Source of the DNA: Trichoplax adhaerens
Lineage: Eukaryota > Animalia > Placozoa
DNA length: 64,000 bases
Assembly: GCF_000150275.1 (NCBI RefSeq)
Contig: NW_002060975.1
Coordinates: forward strand, 190,655 to 254,654
Direction of reading: 5' to 3'
Of the stretch, positions 50,817-63,508 are shown one piece after another. The position numbers were made by a program, and so were the translations under genes. The number at the start of each line of letters is the position of its first letter. Positions within the stretch are counted from its first letter, which is position 1. The notes below the pieces were generated by a model. It was not told where the DNA came from and searched no databases. It saw only the letters and a list, made by a program, of their open reading frames with translations.

Positions 50817-53800
50817 ATTCAAATCATATATCAGTGTTGAATGTTTTTACCGATAACCAGAACGAAAACTAGAACCATCATGAATCAAAGCGTAGGGCCA
50901 CAGAATGTTGATTTATTCTTTATCATGGCCGATCAAAGTTAAGGAGGCAATTAAATAGAAATTTATCTCTAAATTAGAATTAATTAATAGTTAGTAACCG
51001 CTTTTCACAAAGTAAATTTTTATCTTAACATTTAAATCATTTCTGCCTGTCTATAGGTTGTTTCTGCTAGCTACGATAACAAATAAGTCTAACCGTTGAT
51101 TAAAGTGAACGTTTGTACTTGCTGTATTTTTCTTGAATGAATGAAATAATTAATTGGAAATCTATCATTCAATAATTTTAAAATGATTAATACTGATAAA
51201 TTAGGTCAGAAATTTTCAGTTTCAACTCATTTGAAATAATAGAGAAGTAGGAAGTTAGCGTAACTAGTAATCGAAGGATTGTTTGGCAATTTGCTCTATC
51301 CGTTTCCTATATAACTTTTTAACTCACCCTATCAATAGAACTTTAAAGGTAATAGTTTTATAATTTAACTGATGTTTGTGCGCCTAATTACGAGTACAGC
51401 TATTAAGTTGTTACATTTTCAAGTTACATATCACTAACTTATAGACTTAGGCCTTACTAAAATAATTATAACTGTTTCTTTATAAATGAAAGATGATAAT
51501 ATTTCATGATATAATTACCTAATATTTTAAAAGAGAAAATTTTGCTACTCGAATATCGCCAAAATCGGACAAGTTGAAGTGCACCATTTGGAGGGTCTAA
51601 TTTTCCTACCATCTATAAAGTGGATCATATCATCGGGTGATCAAATTGGAAAAGATCTCTCCAACATTCTAGCGTGGATTTTAACGGCCTATTGTCTCAA
51701 TCAAATAACATGCGTTATACCTGAAATATACATGTATAAATAAATGTCATTTCTTAATAACAATAGGAAAAAAGCCAATTGAAATTGTTTGAAATACGTA
51801 ATTCAGATTGAAACTGTTTCATCATGTTACTTTAATGTAAATATAGTCGAAAACAATTCTAAAGGTATTTTTTATTATTTATATTTTTAATCTATATTTT
51901 TAACTCTATTTGATGTAAAAAGTCTTTCAGCTATTTAATGGTTGCTAATGAATTATTCCAAATATGACTTAATTCTAATTAATCAATTCAATAAATTAGT
52001 AGGAAAATAATAATTGTAATAATGGTTATGAATTGATATATAAATTCTATTCTAACCATAAAAGTGCACCTTTAAAATATATTCAAACAAGTCAATTACT
52101 TAAATTAAGATTGGCTAGGCTTACCAGTAGCCAAAAACACATTGCTAATACTAAGATTAAAATGTCGAATAACAGTGGCAATAATTCAATATCTGCATTA
52201 AATCAAATTTATCCTTGTATACACTGTATTTGGTGTTAATTTAATATGGTCTTATGGCGTAGTTATTCCCATTGATTATTAAGCTGATATCGAAACGCGG
52301 TTGTCTTAAAGTGTCTCCAAAATATAAAGTAAGAGCTACTATTTTAGTAAAACTATACTTTATCACATAAACTGGGTTCGATAACAATATTAAGTCTAGT
52401 CTACACTTAGCCCGTTGGGGCATACTTGGCTGTTGTAGCCTTAGTATTCGTACAGATTCAAAGACCCAGGTTTCCTTGTGGTGGGCTGAACACGACATAT
52501 ATACAATTAATTACAGTATTATTTTAAGCAAAAAATCATGTCTTGCAATTTAATTGCAAGATCGAGTAAAATTCGATATCATACAATCTCTGTTAACTGT
52601 TATTTCTAATGAAATCCTTAAGGTGAATTGTTCATGATACCAAATTAATTTGTAATATACCAATATCTACAAGCCCAATATATTCATCCCTATAAAAAAA
52701 CTGCTAAACGTAGCGTGAGCATCTATTAAAATAAATAGTAGTACGAATTTTACCATCAAAGGTATCACTTTATCTATTCTTTATGATATCATTTTTATCT
52801 TAAGCTAGTTTTCGGGGCAATGCTAATGATTACTTAAAATTAATCAGTTATCTATCAATAGGACAACATCAAAATTATGTCAAATATTAAAGTATGTGTT
52901 ACGATATTGTAATATCTTAGCCTGCAGCGGCTTAATGAAAACTATACTTTTAGAAAAGTCCTCCTAAAGTTAATCATATGGTAGAATTTTGCTAGCATTC
53001 TAGTAACGACGCCATCAATGTTCCAAGTACGCTAAATTATTTCACTGTATATAGCTTCACTGAGGATAAACATTATGATAGCATATCCATCTTGGCACAA
53101 TTTTAAAATCTTATTCAAGTAGCAAAAAGAGAAATTTAATATTGGAAATTGACTTTTCGAAGGTTGCATTGATATTTTTACTATAGGCAATAGCGTACTG
53201 CAGTATTCTACTCAAAATCTTAAGCAAAGTATCACGACCAATAGGTTTAACGTACATAATTATAGGTATAATAAGCATGCGTATCAGCTGACGTAAGCTT
53301 ATACTTAGTTACGGTTACAAGTAATCAATTTCTAGCTGGATATCGGATTAATTAATTTTTGTGTTCGTTGACAACACTGAACCGTTAGTACAGAAATAGC
53401 ATATACAATGAACGGATAGAATATTATTCCCTATCTATTTATTATTAGCAAATAGAAGTAACACTATGTTATCATATTGAACATAAAATGCTAGCAAGGA
53501 TAATATTACTTTTGTATAAGAATATCAAAAATTAATTTCGTAATATATTTTGGTAATGCAAGTATACGAGTATGATGCCGTCTTAAAATGTTGCTTACGT
53601 TAGAATAATCTGAGTGATCAATAGCATTATACTTGCACTTGTTAAAACTACAGTAATATTTAATAAAATATTTAGTTAACATCTTTCTAATCGAATTGAA
53701 AGCTTTTTAAGATTCTAGCTTAGCTAATTTTAATTTTAGATCTTGAAAATGCATTTTAGGAGATGCTTTAACGCAATTTGGTAGTATTATTTTTACTCTT

Positions 53801-56448
53801 CAATTACACTTGAACCTATGTTGAAGGCCGAAGTCTATTTACTAGAGCTCGTATATAATAAAGAATCGTTTTGATTTACTTATAGTGCAAAAGCAAAGAT
53901 ATTTAAATCATTTGAGATTAATAAAAGATTACGCTAGGACTGAATCATATAATCTTGATTTCTTAAAATTGAGCTAAAAACATTAAAATCTAGAATATTT
54001 GCTCGTACATTGTCCTGTCTTAAGAGAAGCAGTAACAATAATGGCACTTGTACTTTAATATCCTGTAGTCTATTAGGTAGACTCTATCATCTATTTGAAT
54101 TTGTTTTACTTTAGATGTCAGGCAACAATATCCCCTACTTTACTATTGCTATAAAATTAATTAATTATAATCTTCATCTACTACCTGAATTTTATCATCC
54201 GATTACCAATAATGTTCATTTTTACTAATGTGCAAATTATTCAATTTTTAAGCCTCATTAAAATTTATAATGTTGACATTGGCACAATACTACAAAGATG
54301 TTTTGATTTTCTGATTTTATAACTTTAGCTGGAATAAACATATTAAATTGGAGTAGAAGAAGACTTACTATATAACCGATTTTGAAGGATAAATCAGATT
54401 TAGGGTCAATGTTGCTTGCCTACAAAACTTAGGTATTAAACCTGAGACTAGAACGTATCGAAAACATTACTACTAAGCAGACGTTACAATAACAAGTGAC
54501 AAAGATCTCTAATATTTAATAGGTTCGTAGAGCTAGATTGAAAGTAGTTACCTGAATTTAAACACTGTCAAATTATAGCGCCGCGTAAATTTTAAGATTT
54601 CTTCGGTATGAACTAGCTGAGTAATACTCTAGTTATAAGTCCTAAGTACTTTAGAAAGTAATAATAATCTACTGTATATGATGCTTCTACAGTTCTAAGT
54701 ATCAGAATAATTATCAGGTTTATCTTAGCCGGGTATCGTTTCTGGGTTCGACTGATTTTCAAGTAAGGAATGACTAGAAATAGAGTAGAGACTGTTAGAT
54801 ATGTGATTTGTATAAAATTGAGATCGATTGAAAATTGGCTAGGTCTGATTATCCGGTTTATTTTAGCCACTTTCGACTCTTCTTATGAGGGAAGAGAAGT
54901 AATTTGCGATGGACCTTTCAGAATGTAATTTACATAGCGGTTTAATAAACCTTTTGAATTTGAAGGCTATATCTATATTGGCTATTCTTGTTGTGAGACG
55001 AGATAGTGTTTTGCTAATTCTAGTAAATTGATCAAATATAAGTGAAGTGAAGTAAGAGAGATCTACACAAATATATAGTTATCAGATTTTCCTATATTTG
55101 CCAATTACTTTCACAGTTTGTCTAATAATACAGTTAATTACAAGTGCTGCAGACAGTCTTTTAACATTAAATTTATCAAGTAGAATTCTCTGCTATAGTA
55201 TAGTCAGCGCCTTTCTAATACTTAAATCGAACTTAATACATAAAAACAGAATCAAAATAATAATTGATTTAGCATTAGTAAAGATTATTAATGAAGTCGG
55301 TATACACTAATAATGATTAGTAAGTTTTGTAATATACCGCAACTGTTAGAGATGTTTTTTATTACAGTAGTTTAGCAATGCTAAAATTCTTCATCTCCTT
55401 CTTTACTTTTATTTATCCCATTTTCCGTTTCTTTCCACTGAATTATTGAACTATGCTATCTTTTTACGCACTTAATAGGACTTTCAGTAATATCATAGCT
55501 AAGAAATTATTATTCTACAGTACTATATAGTAGTTTAACTACTACCTATACAATCTCCAAAAAATAATACTTGATATTCCCGAATAATGCTACATTAAAA
55601 TTCAACTACAAATAAGTTTGTCCATAATCCATAACTATAGGGTGCATACTGGAACTAAGCTAGTACAATATCCATAAATTAGAACTGAGATGAAGCGATC
55701 AGGTTTACATTCTACCTACCTGCGTTACTATGACTTAAAAGCATTCGCTTCCTATAGGTAATAATTGCTTTTACAAGGAGTAGAGCTAGTATAAAGGAGA
55801 ATTCTAAAATTAATTTTCATTAAACTCACTTTTCATCTTTTTCGAGCTAACACCCAGAGTATCATTCCAATTCACCGTTTAAATCCGTGATGCTTTAATT
55901 ACTGGGAAACGAAGTTATACTAAACTTGTCCAGTACTTTTAGATAATAGCATGACTTAAATGGAATCCCTATTTTGCTGTTAGCTGGATGATATAATCAA
56001 AAATTGCTTTAAACATATCTATCTGCATTAACTAATTTCCTGACGAGAAGTTATGAAGACAAATATGTTACAGATGTATTCTTGGTTCTTCGCTTGCCGG
56101 AGAGTCAGCCACAGCAAAGTAACTTTAAGCTGGCAATTGTTTCCATTAACTTGATTTACTACTAAAGATTAATTTCATAAGGATAAAACTAAGATAATAT
56201 GTTCTAGAGTTGATCATAATTTAGATTATCTGCGGGAATGGTAGCAGCCATAAGGCAATTTTTATTTTATATGCTTAATATTTCCGATTTGACATCATCT
56301 GTTTCATTGTAGTGTAATTGTAGCTTCTCATTCGGATTGGATTTAAATTGATATACCAATTTCTTGATCGCTTAATGTCATGAAATAAATTTTCTAATTA
56401 CGTGGAATTTTTAATCCTTTGGCACAATAGTCTGCAAGTATATTCTAG

Positions 56449-57480
56449 TCAAAGCTTAGAAGAATTTCTCTTAGAAGTTCCAGTTGGAGTCACACTAATG
56501 AAGCGACGATTTCCTCTTAAATTCTGAAATGGACACAAGTTTCGCACGAGTGCCAAAGATCTGCTCCTTACATTTACATCAAACTTTAAATATATAAATG
56601 GATTCAGTATAACAATCGATGTTGTCGTAATTATTGAAAAAAATAATAACAAAAATTGAACAACATTATTTTCACGAACCACGAAAGCTGATCGCTGAGT
56701 AACTGCCATGCCAATAGTACTTGCAAAAAATGGCCAACTGATTATCACATAAGATATCGATATCCATGTTAGCATGTTTATGAATCGTTTCTTTTTAATT
56801 TGTTCTAGTTGTTGTTCATTTATATTTTTATCTCCCGGTCGATGATATGACTTCTGAAATGAGATAATAAGACTGTAGATGATTAATATTGCTGTAGTCG
56901 GGACAATATACGAGAAAGCTGCATGACATATCAAGTAGATTGCTACGGGCTTAGTTATGTTTGGAACATCGCAGAGTATTGTATCGTTATGATGAACGCC
57001 GATATAGTAGAAAATAGGAGCGTTATTAGCTGCTGATATAATCCATATTGCAATTTCGCCTACTACAAGTACGTAAACCTTGTAGTTGCGATAAAACGAC
57101 GATAAAGGCCTAACGATAATAAAATATCGATCGATACCAATTAAGCATAAATTCATCATGGAAACTCCAAATGATGCCCATAGAAAAAAGAATACTGTTC
57201 GGCACATGAAGTTACCTTCATCATAATCTAGATTACCTCTAAAAATTTGAGAGTAGACCCCTAACGATGTGATTGTCGATATAATATCGGATACAACGGA
57301 AACACACATTAATCTATAAGTTGTCTTTCGAAAACGCTTATCAAAGATGAAGATACAAAGTATGAATAAATTAATAATTAACCCAAACCCGAATATCGGG
57401 ATACTAACAAGAGCAGCATATTGATAAATTTGCGTCAATGTGTGTAAGGAGATACTATCACTACTTGAGGCATTGATCAT
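56449..57480 (-). CDS. Single-exon class A orphan GPCR, paralog 3 (343 aa)
   Basis: Intact ORF MINASS...; GIDRYF, SWPFF, LNPFIYLKFD. Candidate poly(A) signal (TTTATT on +) at 56261. Confidence 0.93.
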   Translation of the reverse strand: MINASSSDSISLHTLTQIYQYAALVSIPIFGFGLIINLFILCIFIFDKRFRKTTYRLMCVSVVSDIISTITSLGVYSQIFRGNLDYDEGNFMCRTVFFFLWASFGVSMMNLCLIGIDRYFIIVRPLSSFYRNYKVYVLVVGEIAIWIISAANNAPIFYYIGVHHNDTILCDVPNITKPVAIYLICHAAFSYIVPTTAILIIYSLIISFQKSYHRPGDKNINEQQLEQIKKKRFINMLTWISISYVIISWPFFASTIGMAVTQRSAFVVRENNVVQFLLLFFSIITTTSIVILNPFIYLKFDVNVRSRSLALVRNLCPFQNLRGNRRFISVTPTGTSKRNSSKL

Positions 57481-59400
57481 GTTTGAGAGGATTTATAATA
57501 GAATTTTGTTAACAGTTAGAAATAATAATAGATTATGTTGTAGTAAAACATACTATGAAAAGACTTCTGAAATAGTCTTCATTTATATCAATCAATTTTT
57601 AATTAGTCTAATTAATTTTTATAAAATCTTTACACGATGCAACACAACTTGTGACACAGTTAGTAATTGGATAATAATATAAGTGCACTTCGTAAATAAT
57701 TCTTCATCGTGATTTCTATCATATCGCTATGATGGAGATTTTAAAGTTACTTATCCCAACATTGCTAGCTAGTAAATTGGATCTACAAATTTTTAATTCG
57801 TCGTATTCCTTCTTAAATGCCTTTATTAAAATGTTTATGGAATACTTGGTCACCTAAAAAGAAAACAAATTATACTATCAAAATTAAGAAAATGTTTCAT
57901 ATTATTTAACACACTTGTTAATTATTAATCTTATTGAAACACAAAATTTAATTTCCGCCTTCAACTAATAGCACTCGGAGCAAATAGTTTTATAGCTTTC
58001 TTACCAAGCATGTAATAAATGGGTTTTACAATCGCTTACCTCATGACAGCCGTCATCTATAATCGCTTTATTAAGTGCCGCAGCGACTATTCTATATTAA
58101 ATATGAGTGGTGCTTTACTATATTTTACCCGTATGCGTTTAAAAAAATTTACTACTGTAATTCGCTGAAATCACTCAGGGCTATATGTAGTTAATTCTGC
58201 TCTGTATAATGGCTATCCCGTATCTTTATATTTTACTAATAACGAATTGTGCACGCATAAAAGAAAAAAACGGATGCGTATCTTTTCATAGTAAAATTAA
58301 CAAATTTAGTCTATGAAAAGGATTCCGCTTTGTATGCCAGTCAATTATAATCAGGTATCGAACAATTAAACTGCAAGATGCTCATTATTTCTAACGTCCA
58401 TAAAGATAAGTACTTTCAAGGATTAATTGAATTGTTACTGATCTTCTCAAAAAAGATCATACAATTATAATGATCTATTATCAAAGCCAAATAAGACAGA
58501 TTTATTTATACAAAATATAAGTACTTGAGCATGGATACATTCCATTTTTAGACATAGTACAACAATAGAATTTGAAATTATTTTAACTATAGTTTTGAAC
58601 TGACAGATCACATTATTTTAAAGTAATGACAATTGCAATTAATTCTAAAGCTACGTGACTGTTTTTTGCCTTTACTTTATTTTCTTAGATTTGATTTTAT
58701 ATTGAAATCGGTTGCAATACTTAATTGACCGTTATGAATAGCGGAATCAATAATATGATCAGACAATAAAATAAATAAATTAATTTTATTGAGCAATATG
58801 AAATTATGAAATAATTTGAATTTTTCCTAGCTTTAAATACCTCTCTTTAAAATGTATCTGGTGCAGTTCATTAAATATCGTTGTTAGGATTAACTAGGCA
58901 TAGGGAAGCATTTGTTGCGATTCTTTTGACCTGGTCATCTTTCACTTAATTAAATATAATAACATAATTACTGAAAAAAACAAAAAACACTATTTAAATT
59001 ATGCAAAACATTAAACTACTCATCGTAGAAAGAACTAAAGAAGTACAGCTACGTAGAGAGAAATTATTTTTTGCAGTATCGGTAGAGGGTTGGATCAAAT
59101 TTTGGATAAAAGTATATTTTGAATATCAATGGAGATTTATTTATGCTTTCGATGGGTAAATCGAGAATAGAACAGCTCATTGTTGCTTCTGACCCAACCA
59201 AAACTTCTACGGTTGTAGTTTATGGATATAATAGTAAAGTACATACTAATAACTGAACATAACAACTATTTATTGCATTTAATCCATTGCAGTTTGATTT
59301 AAAGCACTAAAAATAAAATGCAATATTTATATTCTCTATGCTTAGTTATCATACTCACAGGTTGTTCATTAATGAGCAATCGCGGTCACATAATTCACTG

Positions 59401-60130
59401 AAAGTCTTCTGATATTTAAACTAACATGGTATCATTTGTCAAGCAAAGTAATCTTCTGACGTTCAAATGGACTTTCATATATATAAAATGGGCTCATATC
59501 AGTGATCATCGTTGTTATTATCAGGGTAAATTATGGTTATCACTTTCAAATATTGTTCATTAGTAGTGCAAAAACGGTCATGGTGGTTACCGTTACAAAT
59601 CGAAATTTGTAATAAGGAAAGCTAAAAGTTTTATAGAAACTACACACTACAATTCTACCGTCAGGCTTTGCCTCCCTGACATTTACACAAAGTACGACTT
59701 TAAATACTGACGATCTCTTATCGTTAGGAGAAATAGTATCACAAGTTTGGTCTCTCTGAAACATAAATGAACCCAAATTTTATTTAAAAAGGTAGCCAAT
59801 TTATAATAAATCTATATAAACATTAATTATCGATTTACAGATAATATTATAAAGCTACGCAGTTATCTATCAAAGCAATGTATAACGTCATAGATAAATT
59901 AATATAAATACTGTATATTCCTAGATAAGCTATCTTATGGAATCTCTGTTGCGACAGCTTCGCAAAAGCTATTCCGTAAAAATTACTAAAAGTCTTCTAA
60001 TATTTAAACTGATATGATATCATTCGTCAAAGTAAAGTAAACTAGCAATCTTCTAACGTTCAAATGGATCTTGACGTATAGAGATATGGATTCAAGAGAC
60101 TAATCATCATTGTAATTATCACAGTAAATA
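59401..60130 (+). repeat. Diverged direct repeat of about 130-140 bp (about 59401-59531 and 59989-60130)
   Basis: Both copies read AAAGTCTTCT.ATATTTAAACT...ATCATT.GTCAA...AAAGTAA...TCTTCT.ACGTTCAAATGGA...ATCATC.TTGT.ATTATCA..GTAAAT. Confidence 0.8.
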
Positions 60131-61794
60131 TTGAAAATTAAAAGTGCATCATAGGTTATCGTGCTACAGCTATATCAAAGCAGAAGTATTATAGCCCCAC
60201 CTTCTGCTATACATATTATAATGTTATTGTGTGTAATAATGCAACTATAAATGAATTTATTAAAAAGGTTATTGGTAAAGTCTGAATAGTACAACTATCT
60301 ATTTTCGGGCAAAGGTACGTAAATTGGTTAACTGCCTGCACTACAATACCTACGTAATTTACTATACGCGATATTTATTATTTTACTCAATGGCAATAGT
60401 ATCTAGTATTCAGAATTTGTTGATTCTCAGAATAAGAGTAATGTTGGTATTTATGAATCGTTTAGTAGGTCGAAATAAGCAAAAGTTTATTGCAATTCCG
60501 TTTATATGATAGAATTCTTGAATGGGTTCTGTATTTAAAGTGTGATTGTCTTGATTATCCCGTTGTTTGTTGTTTACGTAAAGATCATAGTCATATGTAG
60601 ACTAAATAGCATCTCAGTTTTCAGGACACATTTTAATTGTAAGAAAAAAAGATTATCTTGTTGAGAGCATTTTGTATAGTGATCAGTCGTTGATTTTCTA
60701 TTACACGTTACTGTAAATAATGTATTCGTAGACTGAGTAATCATCGATTCTCCGAATCGGTTGGCTTTCGATGGCGCTGTAACAGGAGCAGATAGGAATA
60801 CTTAGATTTCTTATTTTGTTCTAAAGACAAATTTATGACAATTTTACTACTTTGCTACACAGTAGAAGTAGCATATATACCCTGTAGTGCGTTTTAAATA
60901 GTACATAGAATTAGGCAGACTGAGATCTAAGAATATAGGAAAAACAAAATCAAAAGATAATGTGTCGAATACGCTGTTACATTTAAAAATTTATAACAAA
61001 AGACTAAATAAATAGTAATTGATTGAAACAATTTTTACGCTATGTCGACGTCCGAATATTTCAAAGTATCATAAATATAGCTGACTGTTTTCTCGCTTTA
61101 CTACTATTTTACAGTAAACATCTTTTATTCTGAAATACAGTGAAATTCTCTAGGCTATCAATGAAAACTGACCGTTTTCAGTGCACGTTGATAATTACTA
61201 ATTCGAGCCAAGGCAAATAATAAAGAAATATACCGGTAAGCTGTCTTTACTTACTGCTGTTAGGTTGCACCGTTGCTTTTAGGTGATCCTTCGTAACTAA
61301 AAGACTATCTCTGTAATTTACTTTAAGCAAGGTTTGCTACTGCTGTAATTCCAAATTACGCGTAGTGTAGCAATGTAATATTATCTTATGGTAGCCATAA
61401 GCCTTAATCAACTGCAACATTCAGTGTGTCTAAAAATATTAAGGCAGATGATTAGATAGGTTATTTCACTGAATGATGTTAAGCATTCACTGAGAGATGA
61501 GACACTATAACATACAAAGTACAGCATTTAATAGCTCAGTTCTTAATTCCTGTCGTTGCTAACTGTTACAGTGTTAAATACTGTATTACAGTAGAAATAA
61601 CTATGTTAGGATAATTCTGTTAGACTATCCTTATTTAGTTAACTTCTAATTTGGATATACTGTGTTTTAATATAGCACTGACTTTTTATGACAGTGACAC
61701 TTATACACATACTGAAATTAATAGTTATAATAGGGAATGCAAATCATCTACTTACAATTCGAATCATTATGATTGTAATTTACTTATGATAGAC

Positions 61795-62224
61795 TGTAAA
61801 TTATCATGGAAATGTTCCGTGATAGGACATATCGTAATCTGACTATTCTGTATTAGTCATTACATGTCTATGTTCGTAAATACTGTTGTCTGCATTAAGG
61901 GAGCAGTAGCTAAAATTAATATCTAATTCAGTAAATGATTCTAATGTTAATTGTATTAACTATGACTCATGAACTATTGAGGAGTAGTATATAAATGCAG
62001 TATATCGTGAAATAAAGAGAATTCTCCAACTTAGTGTTTAACGTAAAATACGAGGCGTTTAAGTCTTTGTGTAGTCTGCTAGTAGAGCAAAAGTTTTTGT
62101 GATAGTGCAGATATCGTTCCTTGATACGTGGTTCAAGGAATTGACTTATTGATCGTATATTGCGTTATCTTGTTGCAAAGCTGTTTTGTGACACTAACTT
62201 AGCGAGGTTTTCAGATAATTTACA
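61795..62224 (+). mobile_element. Solo-LTR-like element (about 430 bp)
   Basis: Perfect 11-bp inverted termini TGTAAATTATC...GATAATTTACA, TATATAAA at 61988, AATAAA at 62011. No target-site duplication; the left boundary could lie further upstream. Confidence 0.45.
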
Positions 62225-63272
62225 AATCGTAATTAATATTTCATGATTGTATCTGCTCACTAAAGGAACTAAAGCAAACTCTGAGAAATTATTTCGAACT
62301 ATTACAACCGTAATTAACTACACCCTCATAACCTCAGGAAAATCACATCTTAAACTTCCTACATATAATAAAATTTACCAAACTAATTTCAATTAAATTA
62401 TGTCCACGATCGAGAACCGTAAGATACTGGTGAAAGAAGATCTAAAATGCGCGTGAACCAAAATCCATAACTTAGAATTCAGATAATATAGAATGCGATC
62501 AGATTAACATTTTATTCCATCACAAAGTACCAAAATTTCTACTAAAATCCCAAAATAACATTGGTTGCTATTGCAAGCATTTATACTACAATCTTAAAGC
62601 TATTTACTCAGCTACATCTTCATAATTCATATAGACAATTATGAAGTTATTAGGAATAAAAAATTTGAATTAAGCTTAATTAAACTAACATTACAGAGTC
62701 ATAGTTTACTTTTTTGAAGCTAGTACATACAGTAGCGCAGAATTTCTAGTCAAAATTTTAATTATTCTAATTACCGTACGCTTCAGTTTTAAGTTATTTT
62801 CTTTCATAAAAAAATTTCACGTCTGTCCTATATCCATCTATTGAAGCTATTTTATGTTATGCAAAAAGGTTTTACAGCTTCATAATAATTGCAATAGATA
62901 AATTTAACAAATCGAAAGAAGTGTAATCAGGTTTATTATTTCATGATTCAATCAATATTAATGAAATTTCCTTTATATCAATTTCAACTATTCACAAAAT
63001 GATAACTATGAAGATATATACCGATATTTCATACCATGTGCACTTTTTATAGGAGAAGTGGACATCAAGAGGTGAATCATCATCGATTTATTTTTTCCAA
63101 AAGAAGTATGACGTTATTTTTCTCGCAATAGCGTAATAAAATTTTTTCATTTTTGTCGGATATAAATTGGTATGTTAACTTCAATCATTTACTAGCATGA
63201 AGCAATAGAGACTGTTACAATTGCGAAGAATTTTGAATGCTACAGTACTATTGTTTGCAAACTTCATATTGC

Positions 63273-63459
63273 TTAGAGTTTGAAAGAATTCACCTTGGAA
63301 GATCTACTTTAAGCAACAGTAATTATACGATGCTTTTTTCTGAGATTATATAAGGAATTTAAGCGTCTAATAGCAGCCAAATATCTACTCCGAACATTTG
63401 TATCAAACTTTAAATATGTAAATGGATTCAGAATAACAATCGATGTTGTAGTAATAATA
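63273..63459 (-). pseudogene. 3' remnant (TM7 and C-tail) of a fifth GPCR paralog
   Basis: Minus strand translates IITTTSIVILNPFTYLKFDTNVRSRYLAAIRRLNSLYNLRKKHRIITVA*SRSSKVNSFKL*, collinear with the paralog 3 C-terminus and cut abruptly at 63459. Confidence 0.88.
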
Positions 63460-63508
63460 ACGTGGAATTTTTAATCCTTTGGCACAATAGTCTGCAAGTA
63501 TATTCTAG

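Noticed and set aside
54566-55070. LTR-like patch with TATAAAA (54811) and AATAAA (54944)
   Set aside because: No matching right terminus or target duplication could be defined.
37434-57480. Opsin or named neuropeptide-receptor identity for the single-exon GPCRs
   Set aside because: No retinal-binding Lys in TM7 and no diagnostic similarity to a specific family, so they are left as orphans.
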